Below the pieces are notes generated by a model, which was not told the origin of the DNA, ran no database searches, and saw nothing but the letters and a program-made list of their open reading frames with translations. Shown one piece after another: positions 9,811 to 18,570 of a stretch of 64,000 nucleotides of DNA; position 1 is the stretch's first letter, and the number at the start of each line of letters is the position of its first letter. Both the position numbers and the translations under genes were made by a program. Location: the IMG/VR virus record IMGVR_UViG_3300044631_002422, positions 84,314 through 148,313 of that record; one strand, given 5' to 3'. This stretch comes from a virus.

Positions 9811-10696
9811 AATTTTGGCATTTGCTGGAGCTAAACAAGCTGGCAAATCTACTTTTTCAAATTTTTTACATGGGTATCAGCTTCGCGCACAAGAAGTGGT
9901 ACAAGATTTTGCAATTGCTGAAAATGGCAAACTTGTGGTTAAAACGGAAGTCATTGAAGATGGAAAAACTCAAATTGGCGAAACATTTCTAGATACATCA
10001 AGAAAAGACCCTGATTTCGTAGAGTGGGCAATGTATAATATGTGGCCATTTGTAAAAAAGTATTCGTTTGCCGATACATTAAAAGAAATTGGTATGACGT
10101 TGTTCGATTTGAGTTACGAGCAGGTTTACGGCTCGGAGGCGTACAAAAATCAATTAGTTGAACATCTTCGATGGGAAAATATGCCCGGAGTTCTCACGGA
10201 TGAACTTTGTGATATTTATCAGGATGTGTGTAGTGCAAATGCAAATCCTAAAGATTGGCCCTTGGAATACTCTAAACTAACTTATCACGCCGCAGGCCCA
10301 ATGACAGTGCGTGAATTCCTCCAGTTTTTTGGAACGGAAGTATGTCGTAAGATTTACTCGCCAATATGGGTAAATCGAACCATCAAAGATATACAGCAAG
10401 AAGAGCCTTTGCTTGCAGTTGTGGATGACTGTAGATTTGAAAACGAGATACGGGCCATACAAAAAGCTGGCGGAAAAGTTATCGGTTTAACACGCAAGCC
10501 GTCTAAAGATGATCATGGAAGCGAACGTGTTATTGAGCAACATTCTGATATATTAGATGCTATTATCGATAACCAAAACATGGAAATTCTAGATGTTTGC
10601 AAATCTATCATTACTCAATTGGATGAGTGGGGTTGGCTTGGAGCGCAAACAATTACAAACAATACAAAAGGACTTCACACCATAAAGGGTAAATAA
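9800..10696 (+). CDS. deoxynucleoside monophosphate kinase-like
   Basis: GAKQAGKS, SFADTLKE, REFLQFFGTE and DDCRFENE motifs. Confidence 0.85.
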   Translation: MKTRILAFAGAKQAGKSTFSNFLHGYQLRAQEVVQDFAIAENGKLVVKTEVIEDGKTQIGETFLDTSRKDPDFVEWAMYNMWPFVKKYSFADTLKEIGMTLFDLSYEQVYGSEAYKNQLVEHLRWENMPGVLTDELCDIYQDVCSANANPKDWPLEYSKLTYHAAGPMTVREFLQFFGTEVCRKIYSPIWVNRTIKDIQQEEPLLAVVDDCRFENEIRAIQKAGGKVIGLTRKPSKDDHGSERVIEQHSDILDAIIDNQNMEILDVCKSIITQLDEWGWLGAQTITNNTKGLHTIKGK

Positions 10697-11718
10697 TGAT
10701 AGTTACATACATCAGAAGTTCTTCGTATAACAATTACGATTACTGCGAAATGCAGTATTTTATAACTTACGTTCTTGGTCATACATCGACTTCTGGTAAA
10801 AAGGCACAGCTTGGCACTATTGTCCATAAAGTTATGGAGTGCCTTGCTTCCTGCAAAAAACATCTTCAAGATAATCAAGATGAAAAAAGTTTGTTTATCA
10901 ACGACGACGCTTTGGGCAAAATAAACTTTACTCCCAAAACTCTATTTACAAAAGCTTTTGTTTTTAAGTTACTTGATCAAAGCTATGAATACTATACAGC
11001 AAATTGTACTCATAAGTATATTACGGCAGATAAAAAGTTCTGTAAAGAATCAACTGATATTGCTTTGGATTACAACGGGGGTCAATTTGATCCTAGAAAT
11101 AGAAACATAATTCAAGCAGAGCCTCATTTTGATATACCAATCACTCAAGAGTGGGCAAAATTTAAGTACATGATTGACGGAAAAGAAGTTGAAGGGCAAT
11201 TAGCTATAAAAGGAACAATAGACCTTGTAACCAAGGTAGATGATGGTATAATCGAGGTGATAGACTGGAAGACTGGACAAAGAAAGAACTGGGCGACTGG
11301 CGAAGAAAAAACTTACGAAAAACTAATTGATGACCCGCAATTACTTTTGTATAATTATGCAATATCTCAACTTTATCCTGAATATGAACAAGCAATAATG
11401 TCGATATTTTTCATACGAGATGGAGGCCCATTTAGTATGTGCTTCGACAAATCTGATCATGATAGATTTTTAGAGATGCTTGAAAAAAGATTTACAGAAA
11501 TCAAAAATAACACAAGGCCGAATTTATGTTCTCGTAATCGAACAAGTTTTAAATGCACAAGACTTTGTGATTTTTATAAAAAAAATTGGCCCGGAACAAA
11601 TGTTTCGATGTGCGAACATGTTGAAGAACATTTAAAAACTTTTGGACACGATACTACTATAGAGAAATGCACAAGAGAAGGACATAACATTGGATACTAC
11701 CAAGCTCCCGGAGGTTAA
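10696..11718 (+). CDS. PD-(D/E)XK exonuclease (Cas4/RecB-like)
   Basis: GTIVHKVME, GTIDLV, IDWKTG, QLLLY; N-terminal Cys plus C-terminal Cys cluster. Confidence 0.85.
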   Translation: MIVTYIRSSSYNNYDYCEMQYFITYVLGHTSTSGKKAQLGTIVHKVMECLASCKKHLQDNQDEKSLFINDDALGKINFTPKTLFTKAFVFKLLDQSYEYYTANCTHKYITADKKFCKESTDIALDYNGGQFDPRNRNIIQAEPHFDIPITQEWAKFKYMIDGKEVEGQLAIKGTIDLVTKVDDGIIEVIDWKTGQRKNWATGEEKTYEKLIDDPQLLLYNYAISQLYPEYEQAIMSIFFIRDGGPFSMCFDKSDHDRFLEMLEKRFTEIKNNTRPNLCSRNRTSFKCTRLCDFYKKNWPGTNVSMCEHVEEHLKTFGHDTTIEKCTREGHNIGYYQAPGG

Positions 11719-12466
11719 AATAGTTCTTTTAACTGAGTTTTATAAGTCAAAATTCGAAGAAAGAAACAAAGAGTTGCTGGACTCTTTGCAAAGAAATATT
11801 GATTGTGAACATATCAAAAAAATTGTTTTGTTTTATGAAAATAGTCTAGACGAATATCCAGATATAGCATTCAGCCCAAAGATTGAAATTGCTTATACAA
11901 AATCAAGAATGAAGTTTGCAGACTATTTTAATTACTACAATAGTAACCTATCTGGACATATTTGCATAATTGCCAACAGTGATATCTACTTTGATGATTC
12001 AATAAAACATATTCACAACATCAGAGAAAATGAATTTTTATGTATAACCAGATGGAATCGAAATGAGCTTCAGGGACATGACGAATATAGTCAAGATGTG
12101 TGGGTTTTTAGAAAACTAATACCGCAAAAAATGGTTGATTGTTCAGGTTTTTACCTTGGCAAACAGCAATGCGATAATAGAATATCTTTTGTGGCGATGA
12201 AGAATGGATTTGATTTAATTAATCCGTGCCATTTAGTCAAATGTCAACATCTACATAAAGACCCAGATAAAATCACTTACAACAAAAAAGAGAACTTTAA
12301 AAATTTACTATATTTGTCAACGGTTAAACCGTCTGATAAAATTGAATATACCGAGAATAATGTTTGTTCATATTGGGCAGATTCTGGTGGAACTAGGTAT
12401 TGCGGATCATGGTATGTTAACTTTTGCAGGAATGAATTAAATGACTTGGAATCCAATCAATTGTAA
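11690..12466 (+). CDS. putative GT-A fold glycosyltransferase-like protein
   Basis: IIANSDIYFD (DxD-like), SQDVW, CDNRI and HLH motifs. Confidence 0.6.
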   Translation: MDTTKLPEVKIVLLTEFYKSKFEERNKELLDSLQRNIDCEHIKKIVLFYENSLDEYPDIAFSPKIEIAYTKSRMKFADYFNYYNSNLSGHICIIANSDIYFDDSIKHIHNIRENEFLCITRWNRNELQGHDEYSQDVWVFRKLIPQKMVDCSGFYLGKQQCDNRISFVAMKNGFDLINPCHLVKCQHLHKDPDKITYNKKENFKNLLYLSTVKPSDKIEYTENNVCSYWADSGGTRYCGSWYVNFCRNELNDLESNQL

Positions 12467-14018
12467 AACACATTTTAGCTTGCAGCACGGTTTTTGCAAA
12501 CCTGATAAACTTTCTAAAAAATGCGCTGATTATGGTTACACATCTTGCGGAATCGCAGATTTTGGAACCTTGTCTGGTGCAGTTGACTTTCATCAAAATT
12601 GCACTAAATATGGTATCAAGCCAATAATTGGGTGCGAATTTGATGGATACATTCTTTATGCTAAAAACAAAAACGGATGGTTTGACTTGGTTAAATATGT
12701 ATCAAACCAAACACTGGATGTTTTAAAAGAAATAGCAAAAAATGGAAATGTACTTTGTGTAACACCATCTGTAAACGGTTTTGCTAATCTATTTAAATCA
12801 AACCATATTCAACTAGATTATCCAAGTGAAGCTATCTATTATGTGGAAAAAAATGATGCAGATTGTCATAGAATTATGCTTTGTGGTAAGCTAAAAACAA
12901 CACTAAAGAAAATTAAATTACTGGAAGTAAACGAGTACAGCCAGTTTTTTGATGATAATGACAGATGGTATTTACCATCCAATGATGAAATTCTAGACAG
13001 GTCTAAAAATATCGCTAAAATAGTTGACGCTTGCGAAGCTTACGAGCTTGCTGGACCTCCTATGCTTCCTGCTTTTGAATGTCCAACTGGCTATGATGAA
13101 GACGAGTATTTGACTGAACTTTGTAGAAGTGGCTGGAAAAATAAATTAGTTCCATTCAAAAAAATATCAACAGAAGAACAAAAGAGTATTTACGCAGAAA
13201 GAGTAAAGCATGAACTTAAGGTTATATTCAAGGCTAAACTTTCTGGTTATTTCTTGATTGTTCAAGATATCATTCGATGGGTTAAATCAAAAGGTTGGCT
13301 TGCTGGTCCGGGACGAGGCAGTGCCGCAGGATGCCTTATTTCTTATCTACTTGATATAACTGAAGTAGATCCAATAGAATATGATTTGATCTTCGAAAGG
13401 TTTTATAATGAAGGAAGAAACACCGATGGTAACGTGGCTATTCCAGATATTGATATGGATATACCAGCCGAACACCGCGACGAAGTTATTGATTATATCA
13501 AACAAAAATATGGAGCGTCTAACGTATCTCAAATGATAACATTTGGAAGACTGCAAGGCAGAGCGGCCATAAAAGAAGTTCTTAGAATCAATGAGGCTGT
13601 GTCATTCGCAGAAATGAATGCTATAACAGATAGTATTCCTGACGAAGCTAAAATTTCTGACCAGTTAGAGCTTATGGAAGAAAAGTCAATCATCAAGTGG
13701 GCGTTAGAAAATGAACCAGATAATTTAAGGAATTGGTGCTTCTATAATGACAATGAAAAGCTTGATGGTCCTTTGGCGAATTTGTTTGAACAAGCTATAA
13801 AAATAGAAGGAACAAATAAGTCTCAAGGTAAACACCCTGCTGGTGTTATTATATCGAAACACAAGCTAAATGAAGTTTGTCCAATGACAAGTGATAAGTC
13901 TGGAGATTCTATTGTTGCTTTTGAAATGAATGCTTTGGAATACCAAGGCCATATAAAATTTGATGTTCTGGGAATTGATTTACTTTCTAAGATAATGGAG
14001 ATTTGTGAAAATGACTGA
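12441..14018 (+). CDS. dnaE: DNA polymerase III alpha (DnaE), part 1: reduced PHP plus palm/thumb
   Basis: GIKPIIGCE, YFLIVQD, GPGRGSAAG, FERF, PDIDMD, GKHPAGV and KFDVLG; ends just after the third catalytic Asp. Confidence 0.95.
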   Translation: MTWNPINCKTHFSLQHGFCKPDKLSKKCADYGYTSCGIADFGTLSGAVDFHQNCTKYGIKPIIGCEFDGYILYAKNKNGWFDLVKYVSNQTLDVLKEIAKNGNVLCVTPSVNGFANLFKSNHIQLDYPSEAIYYVEKNDADCHRIMLCGKLKTTLKKIKLLEVNEYSQFFDDNDRWYLPSNDEILDRSKNIAKIVDACEAYELAGPPMLPAFECPTGYDEDEYLTELCRSGWKNKLVPFKKISTEEQKSIYAERVKHELKVIFKAKLSGYFLIVQDIIRWVKSKGWLAGPGRGSAAGCLISYLLDITEVDPIEYDLIFERFYNEGRNTDGNVAIPDIDMDIPAEHRDEVIDYIKQKYGASNVSQMITFGRLQGRAAIKEVLRINEAVSFAEMNAITDSIPDEAKISDQLELMEEKSIIKWALENEPDNLRNWCFYNDNEKLDGPLANLFEQAIKIEGTNKSQGKHPAGVIISKHKLNEVCPMTSDKSGDSIVAFEMNALEYQGHIKFDVLGIDLLSKIMEICEND

Positions 14019-14241
14019 CAATCGAGACGTTTATAAGGCTGTAATTTTTGACGGTGCTATCATAGAATCAAACGGAGTGTCTTTGTGCAACCTTGAAGAT
14101 GCTATGCGAGGAAATTCTTTTATACCGCGAGCAAAGTACCAAGTGTGGTCAGATCGGCACAAGTTTCATGAGTTGTTCTTTAGTATTGATGAAGCTGTAG
14201 AAAAATTCTTAGAACTCAAGTCTAGAAAGAATTGGAACTAA
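14011..14241 (+). CDS. hypothetical protein
   Basis: Short ORF overlapping the end of dnaE part 1. Confidence 0.6.
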   Translation: MTDNRDVYKAVIFDGAIIESNGVSLCNLEDAMRGNSFIPRAKYQVWSDRHKFHELFFSIDEAVEKFLELKSRKNWN

Positions 14242-14242
14242 T

Positions 14243-14665
14243 ATGGAAATAGAAGTTTCTAATGGTGAAGTAATTGACAAATTAACTATTTTGAATATAA
14301 AGTCTGAGAAAATTAAAGATCAAGAAAAACTTGAGAATATCCATCGCGAATTGCATTTTCTAAGGATGAAGTCTACCGAGTGGTGGAGTTATTGGGAAAA
14401 AGAGATACTTCCTTTATTTGATAGTTTACTATCGGTTAATCGGCAACTTTGGGATATTGAAGATAAAATACGCGAGCTAGATAATGAGGTATTTCTACCA
14501 CGTTTAGATGCTGCTATACAATCTGTATACCGTTTTTCTAAAGTTTGTGAATATATAGAGTGCGCAAGAATGGTTTATACGTTGAATGATAAACGATCTA
14601 AAATCAAACGCGAAATCAATGAAATTACCAAGTCTGGAATAATAGAAGAAAAATCTCATTTTTAG
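14243..14665 (+). CDS. DUF6165-like protein
   Basis: VSNGEVIDKLTILNIK...LWDIEDKIR...ARMVYTLNDKR...EEKS pattern. Confidence 0.7.
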   Translation: MEIEVSNGEVIDKLTILNIKSEKIKDQEKLENIHRELHFLRMKSTEWWSYWEKEILPLFDSLLSVNRQLWDIEDKIRELDNEVFLPRLDAAIQSVYRFSKVCEYIECARMVYTLNDKRSKIKREINEITKSGIIEEKSHF

Positions 14666-14675
14666 AAAGATTTAT

Positions 14676-15362
14676 ATGAATCATCGGGATATAATCGTGT
14701 TTGATTTTGAAACGACTGGCAGGAATCCATTAAAGTGTCAACCAACACAAATTGCCGCTGTAGCTATACATGCTAGAAAGTTGACAATACAACCCGGAGG
14801 AGTTTTTGAAAGTAATATACGTTGCATAGTAGATGACGAAAAGGCTATAGCGGCTGGTTTTGACCCAGTAGAAGAAGGCGCTCTTGAAGTTACTAGAAAA
14901 ACAAGAGATCAAATATCTAAAGGACCATCGCCAAAAGTAGTATGGCAAAAGTTCACCCAGTTTTGCGAAAAATTTAACTTCAACAAGACCTCATTTTCTG
15001 CCCCAATAGCGGCTGGTTATAATATCAATAGTTATGATATGCCGATTGTACAAAGAATGTGTGAAATGTATGGTCCTGTAGATGAAAAAACTGGCCGTCA
15101 AAAAATATTCAATCCTATCTTTTCAATGGATCTTATGCAGCACATTTACTGCTGGTTTGAAAACAATGCCGATGTTAAAGGTTACAGCATGGACTATCTA
15201 AGAGACTATCTTGGAATGTCAAGCGAAAAATCACACGATGCATTGCAGGACGTTAAAGATACAGCTAATATACTAATAAGGTTTCTGGTTATGCAAAGAA
15301 ACCTTTCGAAGAAAATTAAATTTGAGAAAGCTTTTGCGAATGGCGATCTTCACATAAAATAG
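14676..15362 (+). CDS. DEDDh 3'-5' exonuclease (DnaQ/epsilon-like)
   Basis: VFDFETTG, AGYNINSYD and HDALQD motifs. Confidence 0.9.
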   Translation: MNHRDIIVFDFETTGRNPLKCQPTQIAAVAIHARKLTIQPGGVFESNIRCIVDDEKAIAAGFDPVEEGALEVTRKTRDQISKGPSPKVVWQKFTQFCEKFNFNKTSFSAPIAAGYNINSYDMPIVQRMCEMYGPVDEKTGRQKIFNPIFSMDLMQHIYCWFENNADVKGYSMDYLRDYLGMSSEKSHDALQDVKDTANILIRFLVMQRNLSKKIKFEKAFANGDLHIK

Positions 15363-15370
15363 GAATCCGA

Positions 15371-16189
15371 ATGTTTGATATTAATAATTTTGACGACTCC
15401 AAAGTTTGGGACTTGATTTGCGAAGGAGATACTAAAGGTATTTTTCAGCTTGAATCAAATCTTGGTAGGTATTGGGCAAAAGAAACTAAGCCGCGCAATA
15501 TAAAAGAATTAGCGGCTTTGATTAGTCTTATTCGTCCCGGAACTCTGCTTGCTAGAGATGCAAATGGTAAAAGCATGACTCAGGTTTATGCTGATCGTAA
15601 GAATGGTAAACCCAATTCGCCGGTAGAATATCTGCACGATTCTTTGGAGCCAATACTCAAAGAAACATACGGCGTTTTGGTTTATCAAGAACAATCTATG
15701 ATGATCGCGCAAAAACTGGCAGGTTTCGATTTGAAAGAAGCTGACGCACTCAGAAAGGCTATTGGAAAAAAGAAAGCCGATCTCATGGAGAAAGTAAAGA
15801 AAGCTTTTCTAGAAGGCGCGGCTAGTCAAGGAATCATTACTAAGGAAATTGCAGAGGAATTGTTTTCTTGGATTGAAAAATCTAACCGTTATGCATTCAA
15901 TAAATGCTTGTCTCCCAAAACTATTGTAATCACAGAAAATGGAGAAAAGTGTTTAGATGAATTAAATATAGGCGATAAAGTTCTTGCTCCTAAAAATTTG
16001 AACGAAGATGAATTTGTTGAAGTTATAGATATAATTGATAATGGAATAAAAGAAGTTGTTGAAATAACTATGGAAGATGGTAAAAAAATTATATGCACAT
16101 TAGACCATAAATTCCTTTGTTCCGATGGAAAAGTTCATAAATTGATAGAAATTTTAGAGCAGAATTTGGAAATAATGTGTATAGATTAG
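15371..16189 (+). CDS. dnaE: DnaE part 2 (fingers) fused to split-intein N-half
   Basis: GIFQLES, LIRPG, LKETYGVLVYQEQ, ADALRKAIGKK and YAFNK, then intein CLSPKT. Confidence 0.95.
   Translation: MFDINNFDDSKVWDLICEGDTKGIFQLESNLGRYWAKETKPRNIKELAALISLIRPGTLLARDANGKSMTQVYADRKNGKPNSPVEYLHDSLEPILKETYGVLVYQEQSMMIAQKLAGFDLKEADALRKAIGKKKADLMEKVKKAFLEGAASQGIITKEIAEELFSWIEKSNRYAFNKCLSPKTIVITENGEKCLDELNIGDKVLAPKNLNEDEFVEVIDIIDNGIKEVVEITMEDGKKIICTLDHKFLCSDGKVHKLIEILEQNLEIMCID
15905..16189 (+). mobile_element. split intein N-half (94 aa)
   Basis: Block A CLSPKTIV...LNIGDKV; block B IICTLDHKF; acidic; ends at a stop codon with no blocks F/G. Confidence 0.92.
16176..16183 (+). promoter_or_regulatory. TGTGTATA motif upstream of the homing endonuclease
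   Basis: Same motif as upstream of structural genes; ~35 nt before the ATG, which has an AGGAG RBS. Confidence 0.45.
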
Positions 16190-16218
16190 TATGAGATTTA
16201 TTAACAGGAGTCATACTA

Positions 16219-17124
16219 ATGAGTATAAAAAAAGAAGATTGGCATATATGCAAAATGTGCAATAAAAAAATTAAAGATCTATCTAAAGAGCTTGGCGGCA
16301 GCGGTATATACAGCACAGAAGTATTTGCCAAACATTTAAATCAATTTCATAAAATTACTCCAGAAGATTACTTTGAAAAAATATCGAATAGACCAAAATG
16401 TTCATGTGGAATATGTGACTCAAATGTCGATTTAACTTGGAAAGGCAAAACCAATTTCAACTGGAGACAATATAAATGCGGAAGAAATGAAGGTGTTAAA
16501 AAATGGAGCGAAGAAGCAAAGAAAACTAGATCCGGTAAAAATAATCCAATGTATAATAAAATACCTTGGAATAAAGACAAAACCAAAGATAACTCAGAAT
16601 CTCTAAAAATTGTTTCTCAAAAAATGAGTGGACGAAGCGTGTCTGAAGAGATTAGGCAAAAACAATCAAAATCAGCTAAATCTCGTTTGAGTCATGGTCA
16701 TACAGGCTTTAAACATTCCGAAGAAAGTAAAGATAAAATGCGCCAATCGACTTTATCAATGATAAAGAATGGAAGATTTAAACACACAAAAACCAAACCG
16801 CATTTAGAATTTGCCAAGATATTGTCTGAATTAAATATTGCTTTTCAAGAAGAATATGTTATTAAATATTGGTCATTTGATTTTTTCTTGACTGATTTCC
16901 ATGTATTAATAGAGGTAGATGGAGATTATTTTCATTCAAATCCAAAGTTTTATAACAAACCAAAAACCAAAACTCAAAAAATAAACTCATACAGAGATCA
17001 AAAGAAAAATGATTTTTGCGAGTCTAATGGCTACGCTTTGATTAGAATATGGGAAGACGATGTTATCAACAACAAAGAGAAAATATTATGCAGCCTAAAA
17101 GAATTGTTCATGTTCGGACAATAG
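16219..17124 (+). mobile_element. free-standing homing endonuclease (Zn finger + NUMOD3 + Vsr-like/EDxHD domain) between the intein halves
   Basis: CKMC...HLNQFH, CSCGIC, PWNK, HSEESKDKMR, FDFF...IEVDGDYFHSNP...LIRIWE. Confidence 0.88.
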
Positions 17125-17201
17125 GAAATATTCCAACAATGGATATTGAAGTCAATAGCGATTCTCATATTTTTTATGGAGATGGTATCGTTACATCAAA
17201 T
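17088..17201 (+). mobile_element. split intein C-half (38 aa)
   Basis: Basic start, block F TMDIEV...H, block G IVTSN, Ser+1. Confidence 0.9.
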
Positions 17202-18227
17202 TCACATGCTATTTCATATGCAATCAATGCTTATTGGTCCGCTTATTGTAAAACCTACAAACGTAAGAAGTTTTATGAAAAATATCTCAATAGGTCAGAT
17301 AGAAAGCCTGATCCAGATATAGAGAAGAAACAATTAATAATGGATGCAAAGCGGTGCGAGATAGAAGTTTTACCGCCCAGATTACAACATTTACACAAGG
17401 ACTTTACTAGGCATCCTAGCAAAGATATTATTTACTATGGATTGTCACATGTTAAACATGTTGCTGAAAAGGAGTGTGACAAACTCATTGGTTTATCAGG
17501 TGTTGAAAAGTATAACTGGATGGATTGCTTGATCAATATCGTTCATGGTTTAAATATTAATAAAAGCGCCACCGTAGCGCTTATTTCTGTTGGTGCGTTT
17601 AATGGAATCAACAATACAACAAGTAGACAAAAGATGTTGTACGAGTTTGATAGCTGGAAGCATCTTACTGCCAAAGAACAAGAAGCAATTGCAAATGCCT
17701 ATAATTCAGGTTCGCAAAAACCAAAAGATTTAACGCAGGCAATAGAGTGGCTTATTACAAATACCAAGATTAACTCCAGAAGATTGCAATCGGTAGAAGA
17801 TATAAAAAATTCTCTAAAAAATCCTTTCTATGATATCGACGATAAACCAGAAACAATTGCCGCAGATGAAGAAAAATATATGAGTTGCTCCTTAACATGT
17901 AGTAAAGTTGATGGTTTAGACCTAAATACAGTGATAAATATGTGTCAAGATGTGTCTAGCCATTCTATAATAGGTAAGGTAACTCTTGCTGTAGAAATTG
18001 TGCGCATAAAGATTGTAAAGACTAAAAAGGGTAAAACTCCCGGTCAGGAAATGGCTTTTCTGACTGTCGAGGATGGAAGTGGATCTTTAGACTCAATAAC
18101 CATTTTCCCAGAAGCTTACGATAAATACAAAGACTTACTAGTGGAAAATAATACTGTTCTTTTGATTGGCGAGATATTTAAAAAAGATAAAGAAGCTATC
18201 ATCGTCAATCAAGTATCGCAAATTTGA
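17088..18227 (+). CDS. dnaE: split-intein C-half fused to DnaE part 3 (HhH + OB fold)
   Basis: MQPKRIVHV...MDIEV...HIFY...VTSN|SHAISYA; YGLSHVKHV; KTKKG...MAFLTVED OB fold. Confidence 0.93.
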   Translation: MQPKRIVHVRTIGNIPTMDIEVNSDSHIFYGDGIVTSNSHAISYAINAYWSAYCKTYKRKKFYEKYLNRSDRKPDPDIEKKQLIMDAKRCEIEVLPPRLQHLHKDFTRHPSKDIIYYGLSHVKHVAEKECDKLIGLSGVEKYNWMDCLINIVHGLNINKSATVALISVGAFNGINNTTSRQKMLYEFDSWKHLTAKEQEAIANAYNSGSQKPKDLTQAIEWLITNTKINSRRLQSVEDIKNSLKNPFYDIDDKPETIAADEEKYMSCSLTCSKVDGLDLNTVINMCQDVSSHSIIGKVTLAVEIVRIKIVKTKKGKTPGQEMAFLTVEDGSGSLDSITIFPEAYDKYKDLLVENNTVLLIGEIFKKDKEAIIVNQVSQI

Positions 18228-18237
18228 AAGGTAATAT

Positions 18238-18570
18238 GTGAATAAATGTCATTTTTTAGGAAAATTAACACGCGAACCAAATGTTAAAAAAGAAAACAAT
18301 GTTTCGGTAATTGATTTTGAATTAGAAATAGAAGAGTTTAGAAAAGATAACAATAAAGATAAAGTTAGGTCTGTAATATATTTGAATTTTGAAGCTTGGG
18401 ACACGGCGGCTGAAGCTATTGAAAAGTATGCTAAAAAGGGAAGCTTAATGGCAATAGAGTCAGTAGCAAGAAACTATTTTTATGAAGATCCGAATAATCC
18501 AGAAGCTGGCGAAATAATTGAAACGTATTTTCGAGTAACTAATTTTAAAATCCTTGGATTTGGAACATGA
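18238..18570 (+). CDS. single-stranded DNA-binding protein (SSB-like OB fold)
   Basis: NKCHFLGKLTREP...EAWDTAAE...KKGS pattern; lacks an acidic tail. Confidence 0.75.
   Translation: MNKCHFLGKLTREPNVKKENNVSVIDFELEIEEFRKDNNKDKVRSVIYLNFEAWDTAAEAIEKYAKKGSLMAIESVARNYFYEDPNNPEAGEIIETYFRVTNFKILGFGT

Noticed and set aside
10696-11718. Cas4-like nuclease as part of a CRISPR-Cas system
   Set aside because: No other cas genes or array; solo Cas4-like exonucleases are common in phage replication modules.
14019-15370. Group I/II intron or intein joining dnaE parts 1 and 2
   Set aside because: The interval is filled by three tightly packed ORFs with no room for ribozyme structure, and there are no intein motifs at either junction.
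17049-17087. ORF-track start of dnaE part 3 at 17049
   Set aside because: Intein C-half similarity begins at MQPKRI (17088); the extra 13 codons are just overlap with the endonuclease gene.
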